Source: Oscillospiraceae bacterium
GTDB taxonomy: Bacteria > Bacillota > Clostridia > Oscillospirales > Acutalibacteraceae
Reading direction: 5' to 3'
Assembly: GCA_015065965.1 (NCBI GenBank)
Contig: SVPH01000012.1
Span: 3,841-67,840, forward strand
Length of the DNA stretch: 64,000 nucleotides
Numbering within the stretch: the stretch's first letter is position 1; each line of letters opens with the position of its first letter. The notes under the pieces were generated by a model. It made no database searches. It saw nothing but the letters and a program-made list of their open reading frames with translations, and was not told the DNA's origin. Position numbers and translations under genes: made by a program. Of this stretch, positions 9,709 to 17,881 are shown piece after piece.

Positions 9709-10758
9709 TTATTTTCTGTTAATGATTTTTGCTCTTAATCCACGGGTTGATTTTGCAACTTTCTGCGCTGCGTTGACAGCGTGGAAGCCTAATTTGTTGA
9801 TAACAAGGTCGGCTTCACCCATGAGTTCCATGTAATCGTTGCAGAATCCTTTTTTGAACTTAAAAATACCGTGAAGGGGATTGTTTTCATCGGGATATCC
9901 GCCCCTGAAATCATAGTATTTGCAGCCGCGTTCAATCGCCCATCTTATCATTTCCCACTGAACGAGGTAGTTAGGCATAACATTACGGTATTCATTTGAA
10001 CTTGCTCCGTAAACATACCATTCTTTGTCGCCGCAGATAACATTGAGAGCGCCTGCGATTGTTTTGCCGTCGTATTTTGCAAGGTAGATTCTTGCATCGT
10101 CGCCGAATGCTTCCATAATCCTTACAAAGTATGAAGTGTCACGGGTTGCAAAGTTATCCCTTTCACCTGTAACGAGCATAAGGTCATGGAATTCTTCGCA
10201 TGCTTCTTTGCCTTTGATTTCAATTGTTACGCCTTTTCTTGCGGCGAGACGGGTGTTGTAGCGTGTTTTCGGGTGGAAAGAAGCCATAACTTCTTCCTCT
10301 GTTTTTTCACCGATATCAAGACGGAAGATGTACCTTGCCTGAATAGTGTCAAAGCCTGCACTGTGGTCTTTGAATGTAAAACCGAGTTCTTTGAGCAAAT
10401 CAATATATTCGGAGTTTGATGCAAGGGTATCGGTATCGATTTTAAAAGTATATGCCTTGTTTTTGATACCGTATTCTTTAACGGCAAGAAGCAGTTCTTT
10501 AACTGTTTCTTTGTCATTAAGGTCACAAACAGGACCTCTGGGAGCATACATCATTTTGAACGGTGTCATGGGTATCTGACGGAGCAGAACGCCGCAAACG
10601 CCTTTGATGTTTCCGCTTGCATCGCGGCTGATAAAGCCTCTCCATTCCCACTCCTTTTTAACCTTGCCCCATGCCGATGACTGCATCATATGTCCCTTGG
10701 GATGTGAGCGTAAAAAGTTGTCAAATTCCTGTGCGTTTTCAATCTTAACAGTTTCCAT
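9709..10758 (-). CDS. FemABX/MurM-family lipid II aminoacyl (peptidoglycan bridge) transferase
   Basis: MQSSAWGKVK, YAPRGP, KTRYNTRLA, YVYGASS, YDFRG, FKKGF. Confidence 0.92.
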   Translation of the reverse strand: METVKIENAQEFDNFLRSHPKGHMMQSSAWGKVKKEWEWRGFISRDASGNIKGVCGVLLRQIPMTPFKMMYAPRGPVCDLNDKETVKELLLAVKEYGIKNKAYTFKIDTDTLASNSEYIDLLKELGFTFKDHSAGFDTIQARYIFRLDIGEKTEEEVMASFHPKTRYNTRLAARKGVTIEIKGKEACEEFHDLMLVTGERDNFATRDTSYFVRIMEAFGDDARIYLAKYDGKTIAGALNVICGDKEWYVYGASSNEYRNVMPNYLVQWEMIRWAIERGCKYYDFRGGYPDENNPLHGIFKFKKGFCNDYMELMGEADLVINKLGFHAVNAAQKVAKSTRGLRAKIINRK

Positions 10759-10776
10759 GTCTTCTCCTTTCTGCAA

Positions 10777-12111
10777 TCATTTGAGTTGCAGTGCTCTCGT
10801 TAGAAGAGCATCTTTTTTGTTTTCAAGTTTTTCTTCCATAACTTCTTCAAGCAATGTGTTCAGAATTCTGCCCATTTCGGGCGATGGCGAAAAGCCGAGA
10901 GATTCAAGTTCCCTGCCGCCGATTGCAAGGTCACTTATTTTGAAGCATGCATCCTCATTTTCAATTTCACTGAGGATTTTGATGCCGATTTCATTTTCGT
11001 GAAGACTTTCAGTATGATATTTCGGGTTTTGAGCCAAAACATCTGCTTTGCGAACTTCAAAAAGTTCTTTCACGGTGTCAAGTCCGAGAAGTGAAATGTA
11101 TTTTTTATAGGTTTTCTTGCTTATTTTATCAGGCAGAAAATCATGGTGTTCAACCAAATCGCAAACATGCTGCCTGATTTTTGAAGATGTTTTCAGCCTT
11201 GTGAGGGCATCAAAAACAATCTTTTTGCTGATTTTTCCGTGAGAATAGAAATGGTCAATTCCGTTTTTATCGGTGGTTTTGCAGTGCGGTTTACCAGAAT
11301 CGTGAAAGAGCATTGCCAATCGCAAATCGCTTATCGGCGCTATGTTTTCAACCGCCGAAACGGTGTGTCCCCATACATCAAAAATGTGCCTTTCGTGATT
11401 TTGCGTACAGTTTTTCATCGGCGCAAGTTCGGGCAGAATATAAAATATAACATCTTCGTATTCACGCAGGATTCTGCCCGCATCTTTTCCGCAAATCAAC
11501 TTTGAAAGTTCAACAAATATCCGTTCAACCGATATGTTGCCGAGCAAATGGAAGTTGCGGTGAATGCTTTCTGATGTTTCAATGTCAATTTCAAATCCGA
11601 GAACGGAGGAAAATCTGAGCGCACGCAGGATACGCAGAGCGTCTTCTCCAAAGCGTTTGTCAGGGTCACCGACACAGCGGATAATTTTTCTTTCAATATC
11701 CTTCTGACCGCCAAACGGATCGGCAAAACCGTACTTTGGTGAATAGGCGATTGCATTAACCGTAAAATCACGCCTTGAAAGGTCATCTTCAACCCGATTT
11801 GTGAAATCCACCTTATCGGGGTGTCGGTTATCGGAATAGCCCTGTTCTATGCGAAATGTTGTTATTTCAAGGCTCATGCCGTCAATAATTACCGTTACCG
11901 TGCCGTGTTTTATGCCTGTTTCAATTGTTTTGAAGTTGCTGAAAAGTTCAAGCATTTCCTTGGGCAGAGCGCTTGTTGTTATATCCCAGTCATGTGCGCT
12001 TTGTCCCATCAGCACATCGCGCACCGCTCCGCCGACAACATAAGCCGAGTGACCGCCGCTTTGCAGAATTTCAATTGCTCTATTGACTTGTGACGGAATA
12101 TTTATTACCAT
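10777..12111 (-). CDS. cca: CCA tRNA nucleotidyltransferase with HD domain
   Basis: VGGAVRD, DWDITT, DLSRRDFTVNA, RFGEDALRILR, FHDSGKP. Confidence 0.93.
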   Translation of the reverse strand: MVINIPSQVNRAIEILQSGGHSAYVVGGAVRDVLMGQSAHDWDITTSALPKEMLELFSNFKTIETGIKHGTVTVIIDGMSLEITTFRIEQGYSDNRHPDKVDFTNRVEDDLSRRDFTVNAIAYSPKYGFADPFGGQKDIERKIIRCVGDPDKRFGEDALRILRALRFSSVLGFEIDIETSESIHRNFHLLGNISVERIFVELSKLICGKDAGRILREYEDVIFYILPELAPMKNCTQNHERHIFDVWGHTVSAVENIAPISDLRLAMLFHDSGKPHCKTTDKNGIDHFYSHGKISKKIVFDALTRLKTSSKIRQHVCDLVEHHDFLPDKISKKTYKKYISLLGLDTVKELFEVRKADVLAQNPKYHTESLHENEIGIKILSEIENEDACFKISDLAIGGRELESLGFSPSPEMGRILNTLLEEVMEEKLENKKDALLTRALQLK

Positions 12112-12142
12112 AATATCATTACCAATTATCGGAGGATTTCTT

Positions 12143-12484
12143 ATGAATATACAGATTTTCGGAACAAATAAATGCTTTGATACAAAGAAAGCCCAGCGTT
12201 ATTTCAAGGAGAGGGGAATCAAATTTCAGTTTGTTGACCTTACTCAGAAAAATCTCAGCAAGGGTGAATATCAAAGCATAAAAAGCGCTGTAGGTTCAAT
12301 GGAAGCATTGATTGATGAAAAATCAAAGGCGTATGAAAAGCATTTTATAAAATACCTTGCAAGCAAAGAAGCAGTTGAAGAAAAACTGCTTGAATACGGC
12401 GAACTTTATAAAACACCCATAGTCCGCAACGGCAAAAAGGCTACTGTCGGCTATTGCCCCGAAATCTGGAAAGAATGGGATTAA
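12143..12484 (+). CDS. ArsC/Spx-family thioredoxin-fold protein
   Basis: MNIQIFGTNKCFDTKKAQRYFKERGI...TPIVRNG; GGAGG RBS before ATG 12143. Confidence 0.88.
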   Translation: MNIQIFGTNKCFDTKKAQRYFKERGIKFQFVDLTQKNLSKGEYQSIKSAVGSMEALIDEKSKAYEKHFIKYLASKEAVEEKLLEYGELYKTPIVRNGKKATVGYCPEIWKEWD

Positions 12485-13902
12485 TAAGCCTCAAACTTTG
12501 AGATGGTTGCAAAGCACCTTGCTTTTTCGATTACAAGTTTGAAGTATTGAACTCTGATTTCATCGAAACGGCAGATTTTTTTGTAGCCGATTGTGGTTTC
12601 GGATGCAAGTTTTTTCCACTTGCCGTTAACCTGAGCGTAAAGTTTGAACCTCTCAACCTGCTGACCGGTTCTTATATGCTCGCCCAGAACGATTTTATCA
12701 ATATCATAATCATCGCCGAGGTCTAGTATAAGTTCCGCACCTTCAGGGTTGTCACCGGAGTGCCAGTATTCTTCGGGGTCATTGCTGAGTGCCATCTGTC
12801 CGGTGTGCTTTTCGTCAAGATGACGGTTGTCGGTTATAACAGAACCTTCAGCAAGATTTTCGTTGAAATCAATGTCAAGTTGCGCGCCCATAGAAAGCAG
12901 GGTTTCAACATCTTTTTCTGCAATCTTGCCGTCTGTGTTGGGCGGAATGTTGAGAAGGAAGTTTGCGTTTGAGCCGACGGAGTTGTAATAAATCTCCATA
13001 AGTTTTGACAGAGGTTTAACCGAATAATCTTCCTCGGGATGATAGAACCAACCTTTTCTGATTGATACATCAACCTCTGCGGGATACCATATAAGTTTAT
13101 TGCATTTTTTGATCGCTTTTCTGCTGCCCAAATCAAGGGCGGTGGGATTTATTTTTTTAGGCGGTTTTGATACGTCTTTCTGGCTTTGAGCAGCGATTAT
13201 TTCGTGCTTTGAGTGCCAGTAGGGAACAACGCTCCATTCGCTCTTTCTGCAAACGCCTGCCTCGTTGCCGCACCAACGAACATCGGGGCCGGTAATATTG
13301 ATTGTTGCATTCGGTTGAAGTTCGCGGATAAGAGCATAATAGCCTTCCCAATCGTATTCCTGAACCTTTCCGTTAGGGCCTTCGCCGCATGCGCCGTCAA
13401 ACCAAACGCAAAAAAGTTCTCCGTATGCAGTGAGAAGTTCGCGGAGTTGATTTTTAAAGAAACGGTTATATTCTTCACCTGAACCGTAGGTAGGCTCGTG
13501 CCTGTCCCACGGGGAAAGATAAATTCCGAATTTAAGCCCGAACTCTTTGCATGCTTTTGCGCATTCCGCAACAACATCGCCTTTGCCGTCTCTCCATTTA
13601 CTGGAGCGTACACAGTGATCTGTGTATGCAGTCGGCCACAGGCAGAAGCCGTCATGATGCTTTGCAGTAAGGATAAGACCTTTCATACCTGCAAGTTGAC
13701 AAACTTTTACCCATTGGCGGCAGTCGAGTTTTTCAGGGTTGAACAGTTCAGGATCTTCGTTGCCGTTACCCCATTCTGAATTCGTGAATGTGTTCATGCC
13801 GAAGTGGATAAATGAATAGAATTCAAGTTCCTGCCACTTGAGTTGACGTTCGCTCGGAACTATCGAGGCAGCATATTTAACATAATCGGGTGTTTTGCTC
13901 AT
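12481..13902 (-). CDS. GH29 alpha-L-fucosidase with C-terminal F5/8-type module
   Basis: FIHFGMNTF, TAKHHDGFCLW, YLSPWD, WFDGA, RWCGNE, WFYH, LLNIPP; no signal peptide. Confidence 0.93.
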   Translation of the reverse strand: MSKTPDYVKYAASIVPSERQLKWQELEFYSFIHFGMNTFTNSEWGNGNEDPELFNPEKLDCRQWVKVCQLAGMKGLILTAKHHDGFCLWPTAYTDHCVRSSKWRDGKGDVVAECAKACKEFGLKFGIYLSPWDRHEPTYGSGEEYNRFFKNQLRELLTAYGELFCVWFDGACGEGPNGKVQEYDWEGYYALIRELQPNATINITGPDVRWCGNEAGVCRKSEWSVVPYWHSKHEIIAAQSQKDVSKPPKKINPTALDLGSRKAIKKCNKLIWYPAEVDVSIRKGWFYHPEEDYSVKPLSKLMEIYYNSVGSNANFLLNIPPNTDGKIAEKDVETLLSMGAQLDIDFNENLAEGSVITDNRHLDEKHTGQMALSNDPEEYWHSGDNPEGAELILDLGDDYDIDKIVLGEHIRTGQQVERFKLYAQVNGKWKKLASETTIGYKKICRFDEIRVQYFKLVIEKARCFATISKFEAY

Positions 13903-14285
13903 GTCTTTTTTCCTTTCTGCTGTTTGTTTATTTTTTGCAGCATCTGTCCCCAATAATCCTCGGAGAACTGATTATTCATAGCGTAAGTTATCAAACTTAT
14001 CAGAGTGGGTGACTCAGAAACATATCGGAATAATTCCGGCGGAAGCATTCCTCGGTCAGCATAAGCGAGGAGTCTGAATTTTGCCGCATCGTCGTTGTTC
14101 AAGGCAAGTTTTTGAGTGAGCAGCAGCAGTGCGCTGTCATCGGGCGGTGAATTGTTTTTGCCTTTTTCGATGTTGCTTATATATTGCGCTGTTTTGCCCA
14201 GCGTTTCGGCAAGTTCACCCTGAGAAAGATGTGCGTTTTCTCTTGTTTCTTTAAGCATTATGCCGAATGGGGTTGGGGCATACAT
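13899..14285 (-). CDS. XRE-family HTH transcriptional regulator
   Basis: FGIMLKETRENAHLSQGELAETLGKTAQYISNIEKG; AGGAGG RBS; stop overlaps the fucosidase start. Confidence 0.9.
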   Translation of the reverse strand: MYAPTPFGIMLKETRENAHLSQGELAETLGKTAQYISNIEKGKNNSPPDDSALLLLTQKLALNNDDAAKFRLLAYADRGMLPPELFRYVSESPTLISLITYAMNNQFSEDYWGQMLQKINKQQKGKKT

Positions 14286-14344
14286 CCGACTCCTCCTTTC
14301 TTTTCGGATAGACAAAACTGTAATTTGACTGCTATTTATTTCGT

Positions 14345-14408
14345 AAATAAACAAATTTGTTTATTTGATTTCATTCAATAGAATAACATAAAAAATAATA
14401 GGTGTCAA
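14345..14408 (-). promoter_or_regulatory. SigA-type promoter and palindromic operator for the XRE-fucosidase unit
   Basis: Minus strand TTGACA-N17-TATTCT (14408-14380) followed by the perfect 22-bp palindrome aaataaacaaatttgtttattt (14345-14366). Confidence 0.7.
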
Positions 14409-14548
14409 GTGCCGAAAGTTATTAAGGGACAAATAAAGGTGAAACTGTAAAACAGATAATACCAAAGGATATTTTGATGTTGCTTTTTGTTAGTTCAAGT
14501 GATAAAATTAAATTGCAAACAAGAATTTTAAAAGGCAGGTAATGGGTT

Positions 14549-15526
14549 GTGGGAACTAAGAAAAAAAGCAAATTGTTTGTTGCGATTATTGCGCTGATAT
14601 TGGTTGCGGTTACCGTTGCAGCAGGGCTTTTTGTTGCTGACAGAATTTCCGAATATTCGGATAATGCAGAGGAAAACACTACTTCTTCAGAAACGCAAAT
14701 TACCGTAACAACAGAACCTGAAAGCCTATTGCCTGAAGTTGACCCTGACAGTATTACATGGGACAGCGATTACTCAGGAAATTCAGACGGTCTTATTAAT
14801 TTTCTCTTTATAGGGCAGGACAGAAGAGAGAACGAGGGCAGGCAGCGCTCGGATGCAATGATTCTTTGCAGTCTGAATCCTGAAACCAAAGAACTCTCAA
14901 TGATATCGTTCCTGCGCGATTTATATGTTCAGATTCCGGGTTATGAGGACAACCGTCTCAATGCAGCGTATGCATATGGGGGATTTTCGCTTTTGAAAGA
15001 ATCACTTCGCAAAAATTTTGATGTAATTGTTGACGGTTGTATTGAAGTTGATTTTGAAAACTTTAAAAGCATTGTTGATACAATCGGCGGAATTGAAGTT
15101 GAACTCACTGCGGCGGAGGCAGAGATCGTCGGCTCAGGGGTTAAAGAAGGCGTTTGCCACCTTGACGGTTCGCAGACACTTACCTATGCCCGTATACGAA
15201 AAATTGACAGTGATTTTGTCAGAACAAAACGCCAACGCAATGTCCTTTCGGCAATACTCGGTAAAGTGAAGGCGATGGATGTTACGGGAAGGCTCGGATT
15301 TGTTTCTGCTGTTCTTCCAATGATATCAACCGATATGACTGATGAACAACTGATGAGCCTTGCAATGCAACTTGCAGGTGCGCTTGATAAACTTGAGGTT
15401 ACAACCCATTGTGTGCCTGCTGAGGGCGCTTATAAAAGCGCTACGGTGCGCGGAATGGCAGTTCTTATTCCCGATATTGAGAAAAACAGAAAAATGATCT
15501 TTGAAGAATATTTGCCTATAAACTAA
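14549..15526 (+). CDS. LCP (LytR-CpsA-Psr) glycopolymer-peptidoglycan ligase
   Basis: N-terminal TM; RSDAMI, SFLRDLYV, RLNAAY, YARIR, DFVRTKRQ. Confidence 0.93.
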   Translation: MGTKKKSKLFVAIIALILVAVTVAAGLFVADRISEYSDNAEENTTSSETQITVTTEPESLLPEVDPDSITWDSDYSGNSDGLINFLFIGQDRRENEGRQRSDAMILCSLNPETKELSMISFLRDLYVQIPGYEDNRLNAAYAYGGFSLLKESLRKNFDVIVDGCIEVDFENFKSIVDTIGGIEVELTAAEAEIVGSGVKEGVCHLDGSQTLTYARIRKIDSDFVRTKRQRNVLSAILGKVKAMDVTGRLGFVSAVLPMISTDMTDEQLMSLAMQLAGALDKLEVTTHCVPAEGAYKSATVRGMAVLIPDIEKNRKMIFEEYLPIN

Positions 15527-15536
15527 AACTTTATTT

Positions 15537-15567
15537 AAACTGTCGCTTTTTTGAGCGGCAGTTTTTT
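15537..15567 (+). terminator. Intrinsic terminator
   Basis: aaactgtcgct/agcggcagttt stem plus T-run after the LCP stop. Confidence 0.8.
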
Positions 15568-15589
15568 GAAAAAGTAAACTATTGGTTTA

Positions 15590-15655
15590 TTGACAGTTAA
15601 GTTCTGAAATGATATTCTAAAATTGAAATAAAATACACTTGAAACAAAAAGTGTA
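15590..15655 (+). promoter_or_regulatory. SigA-type promoter with downstream inverted repeat
   Basis: TTGACA-N17-TATTCT with extended TG (15590-15618); tacactt-N8-aagtgta at 15634-15655. Confidence 0.65.
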
Positions 15656-15699
15656 AAATCTTGTGCACTGTTTAATAAATTTTAAAGAAGGCATATAAA

Positions 15700-17493
15700 A
15701 TGAGAAAATATCTGATAAACCGGTTCGGTGTTGTAATGGCGTTAATTTTGTTGTTTATGCATTTGCCGTTTGTGCCTACACAGGCTTCTGAATCTGTTGA
15801 TTTTATTTTTGCTGAACAGTATCAGGACGGGCAAGGCGTTTTTTCAAAGCGTCGGTATGTTGATGCAAACGGTAACGAGGTTGATTTGACCGGCGGTTAT
15901 TCGCATGCGATTTTATCTTATTCTGCCCATGAAGAAGAACTGCCCTCATCATATGATTCAAGGGATTACGGTTATGTAACATCGGTTAAAAGTCAGGGCA
16001 ATTCGGCTAACTGCTGGGCTTTTTCAACAATCAGTGCGCTGGAAAGTGACAGTATAATAAAAGGAATAGATTCAGTTGAAACAGCGGATTATTCTGAGGC
16101 TCATCTTGCATGGTTTAACGGAAAAAGTTTTACGGAAAATGAAGAAGACCCTACTTACGGTGACGGCTATAACTATGAATCCCCGTTTTTGGAGGGAGGA
16201 AGTTGGGAAATTACCGCAGTTACTCTTTCAAGAGGTTCGGGTTTGGCAGAGGAAAGCGAGTATCCTTTTTATCCGTATAATCTTTCAGCAATGGGCAACT
16301 ATAATGAGGCTGACAGATATAACACTTCTGCAGGAGTTACGATTGAGTCGGCTCAGGGTTTTTCGGACACAACTGAAATAAAGCACTGGATTATTGACCA
16401 CGGCTCAATAACAGCAGGAATATATTATGATGACGGATTTTTGAATTCTGAAACATATGCACACTACACTACGGCATCAGGTTTGATGAATCATCAAATA
16501 ACCATAGTCGGTTGGGATGATAATTATTCGGTAGACAATTTTTATTCAACAAATGCACCTGAAGGCAATGGTGCATGGCTTTGCAAAAACAGTTGGACTG
16601 AACACTGGGGCAATGACGGATATTTCTGGGTTTCGTATTACGATGCATCGTTAGATTATTTTGCAGGATTTACTACCCGTGAAGCGGATTATTATAAAAA
16701 CTATACCTATAACGGCGTTGTATGGAACAGTGCATATTCAAGAAAAACGGCAACTCAACTTGCAAATGTTTTTACTGCAAGCGGCAATGAGTTGCTTTCA
16801 GCCATTTCAACATATACCATAATGGAAAATGTAAATGTTAAGGCAACAATTTATAAGAATTTACGCAGTAATTATTATACACCAACAGAAGGCACTAAAG
16901 CGGCAACACTGGAAATGACTCTTGAAAAGCAGGGGTATCATACTATTTACCTTGATGAGGAAATTGCTCTTAATCCGGGAGAAATATTTTCTGTTGTCCT
17001 TGAACTTTCGCATGACAGCGGATCAATTAACATCCCCGTTGAATATAACGGGCAGACTGACATGAAATATGCATGTAAAGATAAACAGAGTTTTATAAAT
17101 CTGAACGCCGCATATGAAAATTGGCAGGATGCTCAGTTTTATGATATGCAAAATGTTTATATTCAGGCGTTTACCAAGTGTAATCATCAGTATGAAACAT
17201 CGGTAAGCCAGTCAACTTGTATATCACAAGGCAGCGAGGTTACTGCATGTGTTCAGTGCGGTGATGTTGAGAGTGAAATTCTGCTTCCCATAGGTGAACA
17301 CAGATTCAGCAAATGGAGCCATTATATATATGATGAGGAAACCGGCAGAAATGTAAGCACAAGGAGTTGCGATTTCTGCGGCGAAGTTCATTCAAAAAGC
17401 ATAGGAGCAAATAAAATCATGCTTGAGGATTTTCTTGAGATGATTTTTTCAAGGATAGAAAAAGCAATCAGATTGTGGTTTATGATAACTTAA
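15700..17493 (+). CDS. Secreted papain-family (C1A) cysteine peptidase with lectin-like domain
   Basis: LPSSYDSR, VKSQG..NCWAFS (catalytic Cys), NHQITIVGWDD (His), CKNSW..WG.DGYFW (Asn); C-terminal Cys/His repeats. Confidence 0.92.
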   Translation: MRKYLINRFGVVMALILLFMHLPFVPTQASESVDFIFAEQYQDGQGVFSKRRYVDANGNEVDLTGGYSHAILSYSAHEEELPSSYDSRDYGYVTSVKSQGNSANCWAFSTISALESDSIIKGIDSVETADYSEAHLAWFNGKSFTENEEDPTYGDGYNYESPFLEGGSWEITAVTLSRGSGLAEESEYPFYPYNLSAMGNYNEADRYNTSAGVTIESAQGFSDTTEIKHWIIDHGSITAGIYYDDGFLNSETYAHYTTASGLMNHQITIVGWDDNYSVDNFYSTNAPEGNGAWLCKNSWTEHWGNDGYFWVSYYDASLDYFAGFTTREADYYKNYTYNGVVWNSAYSRKTATQLANVFTASGNELLSAISTYTIMENVNVKATIYKNLRSNYYTPTEGTKAATLEMTLEKQGYHTIYLDEEIALNPGEIFSVVLELSHDSGSINIPVEYNGQTDMKYACKDKQSFINLNAAYENWQDAQFYDMQNVYIQAFTKCNHQYETSVSQSTCISQGSEVTACVQCGDVESEILLPIGEHRFSKWSHYIYDEETGRNVSTRSCDFCGEVHSKSIGANKIMLEDFLEMIFSRIEKAIRLWFMIT

Positions 17494-17504
17494 CAGTACT
17501 ATTC

Positions 17505-17531
17505 AAGCACCGCCGACAGGGCGGTGCTTTT
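17505..17531 (+). terminator. Intrinsic terminator after the C1 peptidase gene
   Basis: aagcaccgcc-gacag-ggcggtgctt followed by T-run. Confidence 0.85.
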
Positions 17532-17585
17532 GTATATTTTTTCATTTCAATATAGAACTGAATTATTCTATTGAGGTGATGTTAT
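17505..17585 (+). repeat. Left copy of imperfect direct repeat (terminator + decayed spoVAD upstream region)
   Basis: Matches 52120-52206 except one extra T, a 7-bp deletion (gaagata) and one substitution; followed by ATA where the right copy has ATG. Confidence 0.95.
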
Positions 17586-17743
17586 ACCCCAACAATGTAA
17601 AAATAATACCATACCCGATCAAAAACAGCGCACGGTTATTATACAAAATCTGAAACTGGAGGTTTAGTGTGTTGTTGAATTTGTCGGGTATATTTCTGCT
17701 TAAAAAATTGATTTGTACTTATATATTGTTTATTTATATATTA

Positions 17744-17773
17744 TTGACATATTCTATATTAATATGATAAAAT
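17744..17773 (+). promoter_or_regulatory. SigA-type promoter of the capsule/EPS locus
   Basis: TTGACA-N18-TAAAAT with extended TG and AT-rich upstream region. Confidence 0.6.
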
Positions 17774-17881
17774 AAGAAATATCATGGGTAATAGCGCGTT
17801 TTTTAACGTGATTTGATAGTTGCATGCGGTTATTCATGAGAGTAAATTTGTTTAGTAGACCAATAGAAATAAGGGATATTA

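Noticed and set aside
17586-17668. Eroded spoVAD pseudogene after the left repeat (gcgcacggt...tggaggtttag resembles the spoVAD 3' end)
   Set aside because: Matches are short, gapped and out of frame; could be chance.
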